From Chrysomallon squamiferum (Eukaryota; Animalia; Mollusca): a stretch of 64,000 nucleotides of DNA. A program made the translations under genes and the position numbers. Below the pieces are notes generated by a model, which was given only the letters and a program-made list of their open reading frames with translations, searched no databases and was not told where the DNA came from. This document shows, piece after piece, positions 28,501 through 42,300 of this stretch. Position 1 is the first letter of the stretch. Every line of letters begins with the position of its first letter. The stretch covers positions 30,876,001 to 30,940,000 of the forward strand of contig CM022670.1 of the NCBI GenBank assembly GCA_012295275.1, written 5' to 3'.

Positions 28501-29201
28501 ACTTACTTATTTATTTATTTATTTATTTATTTATTTTCCTTTATTTCCTTCACGCTGTTTTGCCTGTTACAAATGTAGAGAAATCAAAGTATTCTTAATA
28601 ACAAATTAACAACATGAAATCAATACAACTAGTGTTTGCATGACATACAGCCATTAAAAAATCTTGCACAAACATAGTGTATCAACTTGGATTTATTTGA
28701 AATCATATTGCTTTTTTATTTTTTTTAGTGAATACATTGGGTATGGAAAATGTACTGGTATAGTTCAAATCATAATATAACAAAAGTGATTTCATTTGGC
28801 GTATTGATATCCGCTTAATTTAAACATGAGAAAAAGCTACAGGATTTTATATGTGGTTATTAGTTTTCACACTTGAAAATGTAAAGTAAATATTTATATT
28901 TCAATACTTTGCAGAAATCTAATTATAGTTAAAAATGGAACCTGTTTGAACAGTTTCACAAAGCAAAATTTCAAAAAATGTTTTCTTTCAAAAATATTTG
29001 TTTCGTCTAATTATTATTATTATTATTATAAAACATCACACGCTTCTCTCATCTATTCGGCTGTTGATTTGTGGACGTTTCTATTATGTTTAAAGATTCA
29101 TGGAATCACTTAATTTCTTAACTCTTCCAATTCTTCAAATTAAATTTATTTCTTCAAGTCATGTAACTACCAAAATACTATCTTAAATAAGTAGAAAACA
29201 C

Positions 29202-29237
<36 letters not shown>

Positions 29238-29382
29238 CTAAAATTTTGACTGAGGCAAACTTACCTTGAAAGAAAGCTACAATTTTGTCAGGGTGTTGTG
29301 ATGCGCACACCACCGCCAGGATGGTGAGGAAAATAAGAGCTATGGTGTAGACGAGACCAGGAATAGTTTTTGATGTCGCCAT
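7145..29382 (-). CDS. SP2353/pikachurin (EGFLAM)-like secreted EGF + laminin-G protein, 5' part (4 coding exons seen; gene continues beyond the left edge)
   Basis: Exons 29382-29265 (signal peptide MATSKTIPGLVYTIALIFLTILAVVCA...AFFQ), 10669-10550 (EGF GHCKSPNKPCSHKCHDIQDLGYICYCQDGYKLNSDGFSCS), 8110-7556 (long hydrophilic linker then EGF CLNNGTC...CNCPLGTSGIRCE), 7346-7145 (LamG start YPKFRGTGFLALPVL...GLLLFSAE...ADFFSVSLVDGFVELR). All introns are GT-AG with compatible phases (1,1,1). The AFxQG-C...YxCxCxxGYxLNxxGxSC N-terminus matches my recollection of Drosophila SP2353. Confidence 0.85.
10315..10502. mobile_element. Old Tc1/mariner-type MITE
   Basis: TA|CAGTCAAATCTT ... AGGTTAGTCTG|TA, inserted next to a (TA)n tract. 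Confidence 0.45.
17247..17496. mobile_element. hAT-type MITE with 8-bp target-site duplication
   Basis: Begins CAGGGGTCAGCAAC and ends GGCCCCCTG. Flanked on both sides by ATATAAAT (17239-17246 and 17497-17504). Confidence 0.85.
22068..22554 (+). mobile_element. Terminal segment of a DNA transposon (GGGTCATTCC terminus; superfamily uncertain, possibly Sola-like)
   Basis: About 150 nt align with the reverse complement of 38265-38415, for example the shared CTCAGATTTTTATGAAACTTGGTATACTT, TGGGATCCCACAGCACCAAATC and ACCAGTGGTGTGGGAGATA. Confidence 0.7.
22414..23538. repeat. Complex local duplication A-B-A-X-A'-Y-B
   Basis: A (141 nt): 22414-22554 and 22850-22990, 2 mismatches seen. Partial A' at 23135-23194. 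B (288 nt): 22554-22841 and 23251-23538, no mismatch seen. Confidence 0.9.
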
Positions 29383-29660
29383 TTTCGTAAGCTACAACTT
29401 AATATAAATATCACACGAAATCGAAATGATGTTGTCCGTATAATTATTCACAAGAACGGTACATCCTCATTAAAAAAACAAAACAAAAAAACTATCAATT
29501 AATTACCAAGTAATCAAAAAACCCCAAAAGAAGCTTTATGATTGTACTTTGCTAACGTCAAACGAGACGTCACATGCCTCCTTTCCGTTTTGACAGCAAT
29601 AAGCAAATACGCACATCGCACCAATTCACTTGGGTAAGTCTATTAGGAATGTAAGGGGTG
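29383..29660 (-). promoter_or_regulatory. CpG-retaining promoter/5' UTR of the SP2353-like gene with CRE-like sites
   Basis: Local CpG cluster. CGTCA at 29556-29560 and GACGTCA at 29566-29572 (TGACGTC on the minus strand). Confidence 0.5.
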
Positions 29661-32600
29661 ATAGGTTGAATATCTTGTCTTCATTTTTAATTATCATTAA
29701 ACAGTTGTAGGCAAAGGCGCTTCATTGAAAACAAACAAACGTAACTATGATAATATTAATTATCTAAACAATCGATATTACTAAAATTTTCTTATTAAAA
29801 TGCCTGGTTTGAGGGGAAAAATAAGCAGTTCCTTATGGGTTACAAAATTATAGGCATTACATGAAACAAGGGGACATAATTCAATCAAGCAGGTGGTTTT
29901 TTGATTACAGGAATGCTAACCGAATGAATGAAACAGTTGTAAAAACTGATTGTTCTTTTCGTCTGGAAATATTATTATTGAGAATATTATTTTGACTAAC
30001 AAGAACTTTCTGAATATGTTTAGGTGTTTTAATCCTAATATTAAAAGGCTGGAAGTGAGAAACAACTGTTGTTCTGATATCACTATTTTAAGTATTTATC
30101 ATTCTAACCTAAATCCCATAACTCATAAGATATGTGAATTCCATTCATTAGAATTATTAATATAAATGTTCTGTTTTTTTTCCAAACAATAACATGATTG
30201 GCAAATTATTTCATGTTATATTATCATTATATAATTTTAAAGTATAGTACCTTATTTATAAAAGAAGGATTTATAAGTGAGTATAGTTTTTGTTATTCTC
30301 TAAGACAACTGGGCAAGAAATGGGGTATATTTAAACCATTACCAGTTCAGAGGTTTGGTGCATGTAGTAATTCAGAACTCAGAAACCTTGTTATACCACC
30401 AAGATGGTTACAACACTACAATTAGTTGAGCAACAATGTCAGCACTATAAATAGGTTTGTGTGTGTGTGTGTGTGTACCTACATATATATATATTCATGT
30501 GCATGTATGTGTATGTCACTCTGTATATGTATACAGTGCATGTATTCTGTATATATAAGTATAAACGAAACATCCTAATTACAGATATATATTTGGTATA
30601 CCATACACACAAAATATATGTTATTTTTACCATACATGCCTAGCTAAATAATATAAATGGTAATAATATATCTCTAAAAGATATATAATTACTTCATTTA
30701 CTGAGACATGCTGTTGTAAGATATATTAAAAAAGAGACTTACATCTTACTTAATAAGCCACTCTCTAGTGATACTTATGTACTACTTGCATGTTCTGGGT
30801 CAATTTCCATGGAATAAGAAATAAATTATAATGTCAGGTTAACAAAAGGAAAGTCTAGATGTCAGAGACTGTATTTAAATACATTATTAGCATTATAGTA
30901 GATTCATAAACTTTCTAAGGCACAAACACATCAGAAATTAAATTCTATTATTCAAATTATTTGTTCTGGGAGGAGGATGGCTTTTTCTTCTTTTCTTTTT
31001 TTTTAAGTAAACATTTAAACATATTTCTCTTAAAACTATTAACAAATTTCCCTTAAAAAATGTTAATTAAAAATTTAACTGAAAAAATGCAAAGGTCTTT
31101 AATCAGAATTGAAAGATAAAGCTGGCACACACAAACAAAAAAAAAACACCAAACAAACATGATAATATTAATTAATATACTGTGTTTATTGTTCAGTCAA
31201 AGATTTGACATATCAATATAGGCAATATATAACACTATAGCAGAAATTGGTTAAAGAACATTTTAGTTCTAAAATTATTAATAAAGCAATAATAATACCA
31301 TGTACACAATGTATTACTACCATTTTACTTTGTATAATGTATATTAAGTACTGGAAAATATGGTAAATATGTCATTTGTTATATTTTTAATCAATTTATT
31401 TATTTCATACTACAATATCGATTTTTTTTTTTTTTTTTTATTTGTTTAAAAATGTAATTGCAGACTGGAAAATTCACTACACTCAAAATAATATTGTAAT
31501 TCACTAACAGATAATTAAAAACAGCATTTAATAGTATTAATTAAATTTATATGGTATTTATAAGACATAATTAAAAATGATTTTAGTTTTCACATTAATT
31601 GTTATATATTATTTAAAATAAATAAACTGTATTCAAAATCATCTTCATTGTAATCATAGTAATCCTAGAAAAATCTCAGATTCGTGTCTAAAAATACATC
31701 TTTTTTAAATACAACTACAGTTTAAATTTACTAGTTTGGATAAAATTTAAAAAATGGATTTAAAACATACATTTGCACAAGACTATTGTTGATGCAACTG
31801 ATATTTTAAGAAAAGGCACATTTAAATGATAAAATGAATAAACTGTGTTTAATACAAAATAGCACCAAGATGAAAATTAAACACAAAACATCTATTTTAA
31901 TAAACGAAAGAGAATTTTAAACTAACAAATATAATTCATGCTACATAATTATATACATATACAACATATATTAATATAAATGTTTTAGCAGTGTTAGTGA
32001 CATAGGATTACTTGATAAATATATTTTCTACAAGACAAGACCATCACTATATATACGTAATGTTACAAATAAATAAATACAGAATTAAGAGAGAGATTTC
32101 AAACCTGTCGGACCCAGTTATGTATGTGTATATGATAGTGGAGTTAAAATAAATTGTTTTTGTTAATACAAATTTTGCTTATTCACTGAAAAATAACTAA
32201 GTAAGTAGATCAAGGTTTTCTGTATTTTACTTCAGTTCATAAAAGTAGATTTTATTACAAGTTTAATTACTAACTAATGAAACATATATATATATATATA
32301 TATTTATATATTTATTTATTTAAGAAAGGAAAATATTTTCCTTTTGTCAATAACGGAGTAAAAATGTCTGGTGTAATTTTTAACAAAATTCTTTTATTAA
32401 TAACATGAACAATTACAATTCCATTTTATAATAATAATTGGATAATTCTTAAATCAAGAAATAATGATTTGTATTAAACCTCATTTAAAAATATGTATAC
32501 TGAAACATTACACAGATGACCTAAAATTATTTTACTAATTTTAAAATAATAATAATAATGAATAAATATAAAAACTTTTATTAATACTTTACAGTAATCA

Positions 32601-34621
32601 GATTAAATGTTAATCAGTCCTCCTTTATACATGATTTAACCCATTGGACCGAGCAAATAACTCTGTAATTAGTCTATTCTAAATCGGCATACAAATGAAA
32701 AGCTAAATTATGCTAAAAATTACATGTATCCATATATACAATATATATATTTTTTTTCATTTAAGTTTAAAATGTTTTTTTTTAAAAAGAGGCATAAAAT
32801 AGTAATAAATACTTATATTTTTACTGTTATAATTTACATCATTATTTAATCAGTTCCAGATTTTGCAATATTTTACTTTTTCCCATTGTTTTCACCCATT
32901 ATTCTTGTCATTTGAAATTACACTGCTAAGAATATTATTTATTTTTTAATTAGAAAATGTTCTAAATAACACTTAAAGGACATTTAATTCATTGATTTAT
33001 TTATTAATTAGGATAAAAATATGTAAATATTTTAAGAATAAGAACTTTAATATAATAATAATAAGAAGAAGAAGAATAAAAATGATTATCACAATAACAA
33101 TAATAATAATAATAGCTAAAAGTTTAAGTTTATGAGACTGGAGATAAAACTAATTAAAAATATAAAAGAGATTCAGTCCTTTAAAAATTCTACTATAAAA
33201 ACTAAAAGCTACTCTATACTAAACATTTTTCAATAAATCATATGGTTTAATTCTACATATAAATTATTAATATTTTAAAATAAATGAAATACAGTAGCAC
33301 TATTATGTTCTTCGTTAAAAACAAATCAAGTCTGCTTTACAAATTGTTCTAATAGCAAATATTTATATAAAATTGCATAAAGATTTATAATTTAATTTTA
33401 AAAAGTTTTAATAATAATATAAAAGATTTTAAAGTGTTCTGCAAATGTTTCTAAGATAACATTTAAAAATGCAACAGGACCAGTTATCTATATAATTAAC
33501 ACATATTCCTTGGATGTTACGATAATAATATAGTGTTCAAATAATTATTGTCTATATTTCTGAATAATTTTTAGACAATATTTAATAAAACAGTATATTA
33601 TTAATTGCATTTTATTTTTAAGGCAATGTAAAGATGTTAAAAAGAGATCTCGTGAATCATTGCATATATATATTTAAATGCTCAGATATTAAAATAATAT
33701 TAAAATATCTTTTGCAATATATGTCTAAGAGATTTTTTAATAATAAAATACATAAACTTTGAATGCATTTTGTTTAGACCACATAAAAATACAAAAATGA
33801 TGTAATAATTATTGCTTATATTTCTAAGACAATGTTAAGAAATTAAAAATAACATTTCAGTTATCATTATATTTATTATAAAGTTTTTCCACTTTTTTTA
33901 TAATAATGTATGATAGGAAGAGTTTTCTTTGTAGCTACATATCCTTACATACTCTTTTGTCATAGCTAAAGTTACCCAAAGCAGTCAATGAGTATTTTTG
34001 TCTGATTTCGGTAACTGTGAAGTTCACCCAGTATAAAGAAGTTACATGTAAGTTTTTACATTCCAATATTTTTATTTATGCATTCATATCTATAAATATG
34101 AATCATATATTTATATAACTGTAAGGTACTTTTGAAGAATGACTCATTTATGCATGTTCTTTCTGCATATTTTGTTACATTGTTTTGTCTCTTCCAGATT
34201 TTAAAATATTGAAAATAAAAATAAATACATGCTTTAGTGAAAAAGGAAATACTTCACTGTTAACATTAGTTGATTATTCATAATAAATTCAGTCTGATAA
34301 TATCCAGGATAATTTTGATTATAACCCAAATACACACTGATTCATGGGGAGTTGTAGAGTGGGAGAGGAGCACTTGAATCATCTCCTGCTTTTTGACTAA
34401 CCACTATGTTTTTCTTTATACATAAACTCATTAGTTTCTTCTCAGTGATGATGTCCCCCTTTCTAATATCCTGATTCCAGCCCTTGCTATAGAAAAGCAC
34501 AAGTTTTTTAACCTTAAGTAATAAAGTATTTTACCTATGGATGAAATGTTTTATGCACCCAAATTTACAAATTAAGGCGAATTTTGTTTTAATAGCATTT
34601 ATAAAGATATATCTCAGATTT

Positions 34622-34670
<49 letters not shown>

Positions 34671-34848
34671 TAATAAATTAATACAAAAGCTGAGTAAAAA
34701 TTTGTTACTGCCAATAATATCATACAAAAATGTCAGACTATTGGAGGTTTAGATTAGTTCTATATAGTTCTGTAAAAAGTGTATATTTCAAACTTTATGC
34801 AGACTGTACTGGCATAAGTAGTAAGTACTGAGAGTTGCTGGTTTTCAT

Positions 34849-35592
34849 TTATGACACTGCGATGATGATCACCATGATGAGAGTGATGACGGAGGTCACA
34901 ATGACATGCAAGAACAACATGAATCTCTTGAATCGGCGGCCCTGAGAGAAAGAAGAAAGCAGTATTTATTTAGCATCCAAAGCATATGTCATGTTTTAAT
35001 AATAGAAAGTTGTTGTTTTAACATTTAGTTGGCTTATATTGTTTTAATTAAAAATGAGAAATATTATCAGAGTCTTGATCATGGCTTCTGTAAGAGCCAT
35101 TCTCAGCTGAGGACCAGTTAATATTTAGTACACTTTCACAGGATGATTAAAATAAAATGGAAGAATGTTATGTATTTTATAGATCATTTAGTATTTTGTT
35201 ACATTAAGTATAAACAAAAATGTACAAATATAAATAACAAAAACTTAATAAAATAAAATGAGAGGAAATTCATTGCCACCACTTTCAGATTTTTTTTTTT
35301 TTACACTTTTCATAAACAGGGAAAGTATATGCAGGTTTTGATAAACAACTTGGGGAATAGACAGAAACAGAAAATAGAATTTGTATCTAATGAAGGTCTG
35401 AAGTGATTATTATTATCTACACAGAATAAGAATGAAAAGTAAAGAAAACTTACAGCTGGTTCAGGTTCAGGGATGTGAAGTTTTGGGTTTTCTTTTCTTT
35501 GCATTTCATACTTCTTTCTCCTTTCTGTGAAATTATATAAATAATATAAAATAATATAAATATATTTTTATAATAAAATGCACAGATATATT

Positions 35593-35636
<44 letters not shown>

Positions 35637-37851
35637 AAACACAAACCCACATACATCTGATAATATATTTTATTTAAAATGTATTAAATAAGTTCAATAA
35701 TAAGTTAGAATCTATTAATCATATTATTGTTTTAAACCAATCACTTTAGGAATAAAATATAGGTAATATGAATTTTCATTCTACAACCAGCTTCTTTATT
35801 CTGAATCACATGATAATATTCTTCTTATTAAAAATAAACAAATAAAATTAAATATAAATCTAATTAAAGAAACAAAAGGAAAAATAATAATACTGAATCT
35901 CTAGCGCTAGATTATGGATCCAGCATAAACTTGTATATCTTTAAATGTACCTAGGAACATAATTACCTTTATTTTTCTTGTGGGTACAGCACTGATGTAC
36001 CTCCAGTGACACTTCAATGACTAGATGGAAAATAACCCAGATCACCAAAATCCAGGTAGCCCACCATGGTACCATGGCTTTACCAAAATCCATACCAATA
36101 AAAATAGTTGGAACTGAAAAAGAAAGTTATAGATTTAAATATTTCAGTTACATATACTAATTCACAATAATATTTGAAACTAAAAAGAAATGAATTTGTT
36201 TTTAAAAATGAATTGTGCTTTTATCATATTCTGTAAAAACTTAGGAACATTAAAAAAGAAATTAAACAGAAGTAAATTTCTGCTACATATCAAACAAAAA
36301 TATTCATAAAAGTGTCCAAAAATAATTTTAAAATAATGCTATTTATTAATTGGTCAAAAGATAGTATTTAAAAGTTATAGCCTGTTTGGACACATGATTT
36401 CAAATTAGATAACATATATAATTAACTAATAACAGATAATTAAAATAAATAGAAATTAATATTAATTATAGTTAATGAAGTATTCCCAATCAATAGAATC
36501 ATGTGGTAACAATCAGTAACTGAGTTGAAATGAAGATAATACTAATAACTTACTGGCTAGAACATTGGCAATAGTTCCAAAAGCCCAGTGAAACCAGTTG
36601 AAAACTGGTCTACATTTGTCATCTTCAGATGGCCTAATTAATGCTATAATTGGCTGCAAGCAAAAATAAAGTAGTTTTTTTATTACATATGCTAGTCAAC
36701 AAAATAATGTTATTTATTTAAAAAGTAGATTTATTTTATTTTATTTTATTTAATATAAGATTAAAAAAAAAAAAAAAATTAATTATTATTATTATTTTTT
36801 AAATATCTTATATACTTCTTGCTTTAATAATTTAAAACTGGTACACTCTGTAAATCATTAATCAGTAGTTAAAATGTGAAAGAAAACTAAATTTTGCTGG
36901 CTGATGTCAAAAAATAATACTTACATTAATTAGAATGCAAACAAAGATGATAATTCCTAGGATTGGATGAGCCTTTTGAGGCAAATCAGGAGCCTGAAAA
37001 CATAAAACAAGAACAGTTTCGTAGAAAATATTAAAATAAATTATGTAAATAATTTTTATTTTTTTTTTATTTTAGAAAACAATGCATTGAAGTTATTTCC
37101 CTGCTCTCAAATCTCAGTTAAAAGAAGTTAGGAATCCATGACTTTTAATTGTTTTATTCATACATTTTATGATTTTTAAAAATATAAATATCATTTTTAA
37201 AATAAATCATTACTTTATGTTAAACTATAAAACAAATTGAACACTGAAATTTCATATAAAAATACTAAAACTGAAACACATAAAACATGTCTAAAGCCAA
37301 GACAATAAGTACATAGGAGTTAATATCAATATTCACAAATTATGTTTGCAGTATATTTCATTAAAAATGTGTTTAACAGCATGATAATAAGTCTGCCTAT
37401 ATCACCTTTTTTATTTTTATTTAAAATATTAAGTGTAATTAAATGTACATACATCACTGTAGCCACCTGCCTCAACAAAGATAAGGATAAATGCAATCAC
37501 AACAAGAAGGAAGCAGAATGACATCAGGTTGAAGTGACCCTGAAAAAGATAAAAAGTATCTGAAGCAAAACTTCAATAGTCAGATTTTATGTTTTTCTCA
37601 GTCACATTTAAGAATTTAAATATAATTCTGGAGAGGTAGATCAGAACTTAGAGAATATTAATAAACTGCTTACCAGGAACCAATATCTAGAGTCATAGAA
37701 TCTCTTGTTGGGCCACATGGGTTTGTAGTATTTGGTAAGAAGAAGACCAATGGATGCACAAAACACCCAAGCCATTATCATCAAACAAGCTGAAAGTATT
37801 AAAAAAACAAATAATGAACAGGCAAGTGGGTAAATGTGTGTGTGTGTCTGT

Positions 37852-37882
<31 letters not shown>

Positions 37883-39325
37883 TAGTTCTTAGGTATTTTA
37901 TTTTTTTAAATCAGTGGTTCTTGACATTTTATTTTTCAGTGCTCCATTTCAAATAATTTTGAAGACTGGAGCACCTAGGTTAAATTTCTGTAACAGAAAT
38001 ATGGTGTAATTGTAGGCATTTATACATTTTAAATATATAGTTTTTACCATTGTCCTGTGTTCCCAATATTGCAAGGGGCATTACTATACAGTTTGATAAA
38101 ATCTAAAATACAAAGTTCAGAGGCTTCAAGCAATGACAGTTATTCTGCATAATTAGCCCATTATTAAATTTCAGTGAGCCATTTTTCATTCAAGAAATGA
38201 ATTGATATATAAAATAATTATATAAGATTTTGTGATTTTTGTGAACTTTTTGGCCAATCGAACCACTGGCCATATCTCCCACACCACTGGTTCAATTGGC
38301 CTAAAATTTCGGATTTGGTGCTGTGGGATCCCATTGAAGTATACCAAGTTTCATAAAAATCTGAGATGGTTGGGTTTTTAATTTTTCTGGGGGGGGATTT
38401 GACATGGAACGACCCTTTCGTTACCTACCTGTATATTGTAATTTAATTTCATCACTCACCATGAGCTTTGACCAGAGGATAAGAAGCTCGGCCACTGATG
38501 TCTGAGTGTCTCTGAAGACTGATTTTACCAGGAGAAACAAGTGGAAAATCACGCACATCCAAACCATGTCGATGAATCCGGCCTGAAAGCAAATTAAATT
38601 TAGACAGTTATTTAATATATCTAATATCTATAAACTGACATGCAGGACTGGGATGGGGTAAAGTTGAGGTGGCCTCATCTTGTATCAGTTTCTTCAAATC
38701 GTTGTTATTAGAAATATGACTACTGGAGGTTGGTGCTACCCAATTCCTTCCTTCCTTTTGTTATCTAAGCTAAATATAATTCCGTTACCTTGTTCTGCAC
38801 GTCCTCTAGCCATTAACAGATGCCAGACATTTCCAGACAGAGAGGGAAGTCTCCGGTATCGATCTTTGGGGTACTTGTCCATGGCAAAACGACATCGAAG
38901 TCTGCCATTGTAGTAAGACCCTTCTTGTTTCAGGACAGCCTTCTTGATAAGAGCCTGAATAATAACAGATAATTTGTATATAAACGTACATATAAGTCCA
39001 CAAAAGTTGTTTTTCCTGCCAGCCACTGCATATTAAAATACACAATGTCACATACATATTCATTCACACAAACAATACAGGTATGCTGACACTTCAGATG
39101 GTCAGAATCTTTGAGCTTTATACATGGAGATTTTGTTGTTTTCATTATTGCTACAGTTTAATAACATGCATATCCTCACCTCTGATAATCTGTTATTATG
39201 TAAGCCATTGTTCCGAGAAATAAACACTTTAGTCTGGTCAGTTTCTGAATCATGTACACATTCCATAACCATGTCATCACCCTGAGGAAAATAACAATAA
39301 AAAAAAAAAAAAGATAAAAAAAAAA

Positions 39326-39397
<72 letters not shown>

Positions 39398-42300
39398 CAA
39401 GCAAGCAAGCAAGCAAAACATTAAATAAATTTATATTTATATTTTAATTATTATATTGTAATATTAATTATTATTGCCCTATAATTGTATTTTCTTGTGA
39501 TATGTTCTAGTTAAGAAATATAAAGAACAAAATAATTAAGTCAGAGAAACACACACATTCCTAAGCATAAACAAGCAAACATATATATGCTTAAACAACA
39601 AACAAACTATTTGGACATATACAACTGTGAACTTTCATTTTAAAACAGAGAAAAATAATCTTGATTTTAATAATACTTGCCATGTAAGTATCATTTGACA
39701 GCCCAACTGCTATATATCGATCATCTGCTCCATCCGTCATTCCACCAATCTCCCAGTTAATTTGTGTTCCCAAGTCCTTCCAGGTGACAATATACTCACA
39801 GTGTACCTCCCAGCATCCCTCTGGCTCTCGGTAACACCCTTTTGTCTTACCACATGTAGCTGTATTGATGGGGTCAATTAGCTTGAAGATAATACATTTT
39901 AAAATAAAAATTATGAATAAGAGAAGAGAAAATACACAAGGTTTACTGTGAGTGTATTGTGCATTTCATCAGGTTTATTATTTAGTATTTGTACTTTATT
40001 GTTAACAAAGTAAGGTAAATATTACCAGATGAAAGAATCATTTTATCAGTTTCTTCTCGTCAAGAAAAATAATGTACATGAATTTTAAATGAATCATTAT
40101 CTATTAAAAATATATTTTTGAAGTAACAGTATTGATAAAAGAATATTAACCTTTGGAACTGGAACTGGAGTAGGAAGTGGATCAGAAAAGGGATCTATAA
40201 TGTTGATGGATTTTTCTCTTGCCCAGAAAGTGTCATCATCAACAACAAATGTAGCTCTGAAATAAATTTAATTAACTAATTATTTATTAACCATTAAAAT
40301 TAAAATAAGATGCTTAGTTCTTCAGTGAATTATGTTGTGATATAATTTTAAATTATAGATATATGGCATCATAAATTTAATTTAGGATAGTTTAGAAAAT
40401 GTTGGATTTTTTTCCCTCAGTTAGCAAGTAACTTTTTAAAAATATTATCTTCATACAGACTGTAAAGAATATGTGGCTTTTGGATGGAAATGGCAGAATG
40501 GGGAAACTGAGAAGGAACGGACATGTACCATTCATGCATAACCCTGGTGATCAAATCATTGACCCACCAGCCACCAATTAATATATTTATTTGTTACTTA
40601 AGTAAATGTGCATCACTATAATTACAGCATATACTGACATCACAATCTGTCATCAAAGTTTTAAAAAAGTAGTTATTATAAAATAAATCAGATTTTTAAA
40701 TATACATTGGCCTGTAATATGTTGTAGCCATAAAACAGAATCTATATATTAAAGTGTTAAAGATGAAATGTGAATACACTGTTATTTGTTTACCTGAACT
40801 GAATATGTCCCAGGGACCGTGGTGATGTCCAAACCAGTTTAACAAGTCTCTTGGGAGACAAGTCTGTACTCCTCAAGGCATGCTAGAAAATGATAAAAGA
40901 GAGAAAATAAACTCTGCTTGCAAAAAGCAACATAAAATATTAAAGCAAACAGCTGCAAACCTGGTATTAAATAAATAAATGGCTACGTAAATAAAATAAA
41001 TATGTAAGTAAAGAAAGAAAGAATAAATGAAAAAAAAATTAATTAATAAAGAAAACAAATGTATGTATATATAGTAAAAATGAATAAAAGAACAATAAAT
41101 ATATAACAGATTAATTAAGAAAATTAAATCATAATAAAGAAAATAATTTTAAAAGATTAAAAAAATGTGTTGTTATTCAAGTTATCAAAATTTAGAATAC
41201 CAATTCACAATATATCTCTACAGTTTTATTTTATCCTGAAATAATAGTAAGCTGACCACAAAGGCTAACATCTACATTATTTTAGAAATTAATATAAAAA
41301 AATATACATCAACTATAAATGGACACACATATTATCAGTTAAATTTATTCAGATATAGTTATATAAACTTATTGAATTTTTTAATTTTTGTTTTAAATAT
41401 TTGGTATTATCTGTACTGATTAGAATAAAGTTTACTGATTTATGATAAATATAGTTACAGTTTATTTGTATCTTATTCAATAATAGTTATAACAGATCTG
41501 TCATTCAGAATAACATTGTCTTTAATTTTTTAATATTATATCTACATTTCAGTAATAAATGTTTCTTACTCCATTCTGTGTGAGGCAGTCCTTAGCAACT
41601 GGAGTTTTGTCAACAACATCAAATTTTCCCACAGCAACTGGATTTAGTCGGTGAGACTTTGAGTCAAAGACCCATGCAACAATCATGAAAGATCGAAATG
41701 CCTCATCAGTTACAGTGGTCAGATTAACTAAGTATAATAAATATGTAAAAAATTTAAAAATTATGAGTTAATAAATAAAAAGTAAGTAAGACAAAAATTT
41801 TTTAAAAATTATGAGTTAATAAATAAAAAGTAAGTAAGAAAAAAAACCCATATGAAATGCTAAGTAAATAAGTAAACATATAAATAAATACAATTATAAT
41901 GTAAGCAAGTAAATACATTAAAATTTAGATAAGTAAGTTAAAAAACAATGTATTTATAATGATGAATAATTTGGAAAAACAACAGGTAAGTATTCATTAT
42001 TAACCGAAAATACCCAATTATTAATATTATTCATTTAAATGTAAGATAATGAATGAACAAAGAAATACTCAACATTCTAATGTAAGTAACTATTTGTGAC
42101 ACAGAAAACAACAGCTTAACAGAGAAATTTGAAATCTTTACACAAATTAGTTTTATATTTGCAGAGTTACATGCCTGCAATTAAACCTCCTTAATTAATG
42201 CCAGACACACAGATATGAATACAAATTAAATCCAGTGAGATACACAGACACCACATACCCACACCCACCCATTCATACACACATATGTAGATAATAAATT

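Noticed and set aside
36062-36075. 14-bp palindrome CCATGGTACCATGG
   Set aside because: Lies in FRRS1 coding sequence (AMVPWW) and is explained by codons.
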